From the NCBI GenBank assembly GCA_044356295.1, contig JBIKWN010000077.1, forward strand, positions 1 to 10,760: a stretch of DNA of 10,760 nt, given 5' to 3'. This stretch comes from Bdellovibrionota bacterium (GTDB taxonomy: Bacteria; Bdellovibrionota_C; UBA2361; JBIKWN01). Made by a program: the position numbers and the translations under genes. Shown one piece after another: positions 7,722 through 10,760 of the stretch; the first letter of the stretch is position 1; every line of letters begins with the position of its first letter. The notes beneath the pieces were generated by a model. The model was not told where the DNA came from and ran no database searches. It worked only from the letters and a program-made list of their open reading frames with translations.

Positions 7722-8351
7722 CTACTTTACAGCTATCTCACTACGCTCAGAAACATTCGACACTTCATAAAACGCCGAAAGCTTACGACGAAGTAGTAAC
7801 CGTGAACGATGAAGCCTAGATTTCACAGCTGGCTCTGAAAGATTCAAAATTTTACCAACTGCTTTCGTCGACATCCCGTCAACATCGCGCAGCATAAATA
7901 CTGCGCGAAATTCTTCGGGTAGTTTCTCGATTGCTTCTTTTAGGGCTCGACTCAGGTGGGCATGATTGGTTGCGTTATCAGGTTCATATAAAGGATTGTT
8001 TTTTGCTTCACTGACTTTTTCTTGTTCGTATTCTGAAAGATCCGAAACAAGTGATGTTCTTGAATGCTGTCTACGTTTTCTTAATTTCATTAATGCAGTG
8101 TTTGCAGTCACACGAAACAACCAACTTGCAAATGCACTCTTACCTTCGAAATTTCGTAACTTTGTATACACATTTACAAACGTATCTTGCAGCGCTTCCT
8201 CTGCATCATCTTTATTACGAGTTAAGCGGAAACAGAGGCCGTATGCTTTATTGGCGTATCGACCGATCAGCATTTCAAATGCTGCTTGGCTTCCTGCCTT
8301 AGCGATCTCTACAAGTTCCATATCCGTCAATTTTTCCATACAACCTCTCAT
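7722..8351 (-). CDS. ECF (sigma-70 group 4) RNA polymerase sigma factor
   Basis: Region 2 DAEEALQDTFVNVYTKLRNFEGKSAFASWLFRVTANTAL and region 4 AIEKLPEEFRAVFMLRDVDGMSTKAVGKILNLSEPAVKSRLHRSR. An alternative start at ATG 8339 follows GAGAGG. Confidence 0.94.
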   Translation of the reverse strand: MRGCMEKLTDMELVEIAKAGSQAAFEMLIGRYANKAYGLCFRLTRNKDDAEEALQDTFVNVYTKLRNFEGKSAFASWLFRVTANTALMKLRKRRQHSRTSLVSDLSEYEQEKVSEAKNNPLYEPDNATNHAHLSRALKEAIEKLPEEFRAVFMLRDVDGMSTKAVGKILNLSEPAVKSRLHRSRLLLRRKLSAFYEVSNVSERSEIAVK

Positions 8352-8387
8352 TCCTAATCCGTTAACCGTTGGGATAAAGAGTGGTAA

Positions 8388-8403
8388 TGCACCCTCTGTG
8401 CCA
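8388..8403 (-). promoter_or_regulatory. Sigma54 (RpoN) -24/-12 promoter for the ECF gene
   Basis: Minus strand TGGCACAGAGGGTGCA versus consensus TGGCACRNNNNTTGCW: invariant GG and GC at exact spacing, one mismatch. Predicted +1 near 8377, 26-38 nt before the candidate start codons. Confidence 0.72.
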
Positions 8404-8442
8404 TAAGAAAATTTGGTATTTATGAAATTTTTTTTATTGAAA

Positions 8443-8455
8443 TATCAGCTAATTA
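8443..8455 (+). promoter_or_regulatory. Candidate IHF binding site
   Basis: TATCAGCTAATTA matches WATCARNNNNTTR and has an A/T tract on its 5' side. It sits at about -66 to -78 from the predicted sigma54 start. Confidence 0.5.
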
Positions 8456-8498
8456 AGTTGGGCAAAGAACTCAATGATTCTAGATCAGTCAAATCATA

Positions 8499-8551
8499 TG
8501 TCGTTTTTCTATACAGGTGTCTAAATTCTGACAGTAGATATATATGCGACA
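8499..8551. promoter_or_regulatory. Candidate enhancer (UAS) for a sigma54 activator
   Basis: Palindrome TGTC-N8-GACA (TGT-N10-ACA) at 8518-8533, a second TGT-N11-ACA at 8499-8515, and outer half-sites TGTCG (8499-8503) and CGACA (8547-8551) centred on nearly the same axis. Position about -122 to -174. Confidence 0.5.
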
Positions 8552-8627
8552 AAGCATTGGCCTTTCCGTCAGGCGGTGATTCATTTATCTATATAAAGAA
8601 CTTGTTAATAGTGGGGGAAAAAATTTA

Positions 8628-8656
8628 TTGTTTTTCTCTAAATGATTTTCTATAGT
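8628..8656 (+). promoter_or_regulatory. Candidate sigma70 promoter for the beta-barrel gene (leaderless)
   Basis: TTGTTT-N17-TATAGT; the -10 box ends 7 nt before ATG 8664 and no SD is present. Confidence 0.45.
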
Positions 8657-8663
8657 CCCACGC

Positions 8664-9716
8664 ATGATTAACAAAACCCTAAGAAATACTCTTACAATCG
8701 CAACCTTTGTAACAATGTTTCTTTGCATGCAATCGGAATCTGTCGTTCATGCACAAGATTCAATCGATGACATAATCCCTGATTTTAGCCCCGAACAACA
8801 ATCAGCTCTGAGTAAAGAATTTGGATTATTCACTTCTGCGGTTACTGTTTTTACAGGATTGAATTCTGTTTCTGGTGGTAATTTTACTTTTGATTCTCCA
8901 CGTGGGCGCGATACGACGTTAGATACATTTCGCATTCCTTACACACATACATACGGCAATGAAAAAGACACTTGGCGCCCTTTTGTAAATGTTATCGCTG
9001 CACAATCAAACCTTCGACAAAGCAACTCAGATTATTCTGACGTTCTAAAAGAAGAAGCACTAAACCTTCCTGATGAAATAAATGCACTTCCTAATAATCC
9101 TGATTTTGTTAAGACTGATTCATCAAGTCTTAGTTTAGGTGGCGGTGCTACGTATCAACCTACTGAAGAATTATCGATAACTTCTTCTATGGATTTTATC
9201 TGGACTCATATCAAACGACGATATGACTATAATAACTTCCTGAGCGCTTTAATCGGTCAAAAATACGACCGCGACCTTTTCAACACAAGCCTTGAAGCAA
9301 TAGCATATGCACCAAGTATTAAAGTTGCATATCGTATTGGTTGCGAAGAAGATTTCAACGTAACACCTTCTGCTCATTTTACCTATCTTTCATCGTACGA
9401 TATGTGGAGCAAAAGCAGATATTCAGATTTCTCATCTGATTCTACTGTGCTTTTTACTTCGTTAGATCTAAAAATTCCAACTCCTGTTACAGCTTTTGGT
9501 GCTTCCATGAAAGTTAATCCATTCATAAACAGGACCGACCTTGGACTTGCCGCACAAAATGGCGTTGGGCTTTGGTATTTTTATGATGTTGGTACAAACG
9601 TTACTTTTGATTTGAAAGGTAAAAGTGATTGGATTTCTTCGCTTCGGCTTGGGGCGTCGTATAGTTTCGGCGATGATTTCTCTGGATACCGAATTGGGGC
9701 TGGTGTAGAACTTTAA
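8664..9716 (+). CDS. Outer-membrane beta-barrel protein resembling solitary autotransporter-like barrels
   Basis: Signal peptide ending VVHA-QD, a short acidic/helical N-terminal segment, many amphipathic beta strands (SLSLGGGATYQP, SIKVAYRI, YDVGTNVTFDL, SLRLGASYSFG) and a terminal strand YRIGAGVEL. Confidence 0.7.
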   Translation: MINKTLRNTLTIATFVTMFLCMQSESVVHAQDSIDDIIPDFSPEQQSALSKEFGLFTSAVTVFTGLNSVSGGNFTFDSPRGRDTTLDTFRIPYTHTYGNEKDTWRPFVNVIAAQSNLRQSNSDYSDVLKEEALNLPDEINALPNNPDFVKTDSSSLSLGGGATYQPTEELSITSSMDFIWTHIKRRYDYNNFLSALIGQKYDRDLFNTSLEAIAYAPSIKVAYRIGCEEDFNVTPSAHFTYLSSYDMWSKSRYSDFSSDSTVLFTSLDLKIPTPVTAFGASMKVNPFINRTDLGLAAQNGVGLWYFYDVGTNVTFDLKGKSDWISSLRLGASYSFGDDFSGYRIGAGVEL

Positions 9717-9771
9717 ACAGCACGTACAAACCCTCTATCTCTTTACCCAAAAAAATAATTATTCTATGAGT

Positions 9772-9802
9772 TGGGCGGCAAAAATTGCCGCCCATTTTTT
9801 TT
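9772..9802 (+). terminator. Rho-independent terminator
   Basis: Perfect 10-bp stem TGGGCGGCAA/TTGCCGCCCA with a 3-nt loop, followed by T8, 55 nt after the beta-barrel stop. Confidence 0.9.
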
Positions 9803-9893
9803 CGTAGTAATCAATCTAGTCTGCCGATAACTGCATCTAACCTATTGGGGAAGGTGCATCTTCCTCCAATTATTTACTGGAGATTACTCAATC

Positions 9894-10760
9894 ATGCGAA
9901 GCAGCAGCAGATTTTTCTTTTTACTTATTGCATCATTTTTATCTTTTAGCTTTCATACAAGCTTTGCGAACGCACAAGACAGAGTCATCTGTCAGCACAA
10001 AAGAACACTACAAGTAGTTCAACGTAGAGGATCATGTACTTCTCTTGAACGACAAGTTTTTAATTTAACAGTTGGAACTAGAGGAACTTCAGGATTGAGT
10101 GGGGTATCTGGTGTCTCTGGAATATCTGGAATATCTGGATTAACTGGTATTTCTGGAATCTCTGGTGTTTCAGGTGTTACTGGTCTTTCCGGTTTAAGTG
10201 GTGTTTCGGGAACTAGCGGAGTTTCTGGTGTAACTGGTCTTTCTGGTTTAAGTGGCGTTTCTGGAACTAGTGGAGTTTCTGGGGTAACTGGTCTTTCTGG
10301 TTTAAGTGGTGTTTCGGGAACTAGCGGAGTTTCTGGTGTAACTGGTCTTTCTGGTTTAAGTGGTGTTTCGGGAACTAGCGGAGTTTCTGGTTTAAGCGGT
10401 GTTTCGGGAACTAGCGGAGTTTCTGGTTTAAGCGGTGTTTCAGGTGAAAGTGGAGTCTCAGGCGTTATTGGTCTTTCAGGTTTAAGCGGCGTTTCAGGTG
10501 AAAGTGGAGTCTCAGGCGTTATTGGTCTTTCAGGTTTAAGCGGTGTTTCAGGTACTGCTGGACTAAGCGGAATTTCAGGAGTCCAAGGATTAAGTGGTGT
10601 TTCTGGTACGGATGGTCTTAGTGGTGTTTCAGGAATTACCGGTTTAAGTGGTGTTTCAGGAACCGCTGGACTCAGTGGTGTTTCGGGAGTTCAAGGATTA
10701 AGCGGTGTATCTGGAGTTGAAGGGCTCAGTGGTGTTTCAGGAGTTATCGGTTTAAGTGGT
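9894..10760 (+). CDS. Secreted collagen-like Gly-X-Y repeat protein, 3' end outside the window
   Basis: GGAG at 9879-9882. MRSSSRFFFLLIASFLSFSFHTSFANA-QD signal peptide, a short Cys-x14-Cys segment (CQHKRTLQVVQRRGSC), then continuous Gly-X-Y from Gly61. The frame is open for 289 codons to the edge. Confidence 0.9.
   Translation, partial: MRSSSRFFFLLIASFLSFSFHTSFANAQDRVICQHKRTLQVVQRRGSCTSLERQVFNLTVGTRGTSGLSGVSGVSGISGISGLTGISGISGVSGVTGLSGLSGVSGTSGVSGVTGLSGLSGVSGTSGVSGVTGLSGLSGVSGTSGVSGVTGLSGLSGVSGTSGVSGLSGVSGTSGVSGLSGVSGESGVSGVIGLSGLSGVSGESGVSGVIGLSGLSGVSGTAGLSGISGVQGLSGVSGTDGLSGVSGITGLSGVSGTAGLSGVSGVQGLSGVSGVEGLSGVSGVIGLSG
10074..10760 (+). repeat. Coding tandem repeat with 9-, 27- and 54-nt periodicity
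   Basis: 76 Gly-X-Y triplets. Four 54-nt units at 10173-10388, a 36-nt partial unit, two 54-nt units at 10425-10532 (53/54 identical) and eight 27-nt units at 10533-10748. Confidence 0.93.

Noticed and set aside
8354..8404. 16-aa minus-strand uORF MAQRVHYHSLSQRLTD ending just before the ECF start
   Set aside because: Its ATG overlaps the sigma54 -24 box, so it would lie upstream of the predicted transcript start; no SD.
6817..8406. ORFs 6817-7011, 7191-7382, 7966-8406 and 8051-8302
   Set aside because: Antisense shadows of alr and the ECF gene.
8413..8655. 80-aa plus-strand ORF
   Set aside because: TTG start, low-complexity AT-rich composition, and it covers the divergent promoter region with the IHF and UAS motifs.
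8747..9795. Minus-strand ORFs 8747-8935 and 9601-9795
   Set aside because: Antisense to the beta-barrel gene; the second starts inside the terminator hairpin.

Overview
AT-rich bacterial chromosomal window. Minus strand, in order of transcription: an ECF sigma factor, alanine racemase (alr) overlapping a TupA-like ATP-grasp amidoligase, an exported nucleotide pyrophosphatase/phosphodiesterase, a degenerate receiver-domain gene that appears split by a 1-nt frameshift, and dnaE (runs off the left edge; missing from the ORF track). Plus strand: a passenger-less outer-membrane beta-barrel, an intrinsic terminator, and a secreted Gly-X-Y protein with 76 uninterrupted proline-free triplets (runs off the right edge; also missing from the ORF track). 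The non-coding DNA is the richest part. It holds (i) a 132-bp MITE with IS4-like ends and an 11-bp target duplication around a 30-bp hairpin, (ii) a dispersed 35-36-bp repeat of three 9-nt units, present as one solo arm and one near-perfect inverted pair, and (iii) a complete-looking sigma54 module (-24/-12 box, IHF site, palindromic enhancer) in front of an ECF gene with no adjacent anti-sigma. Protein families were called by eye from motifs; no searches were run.
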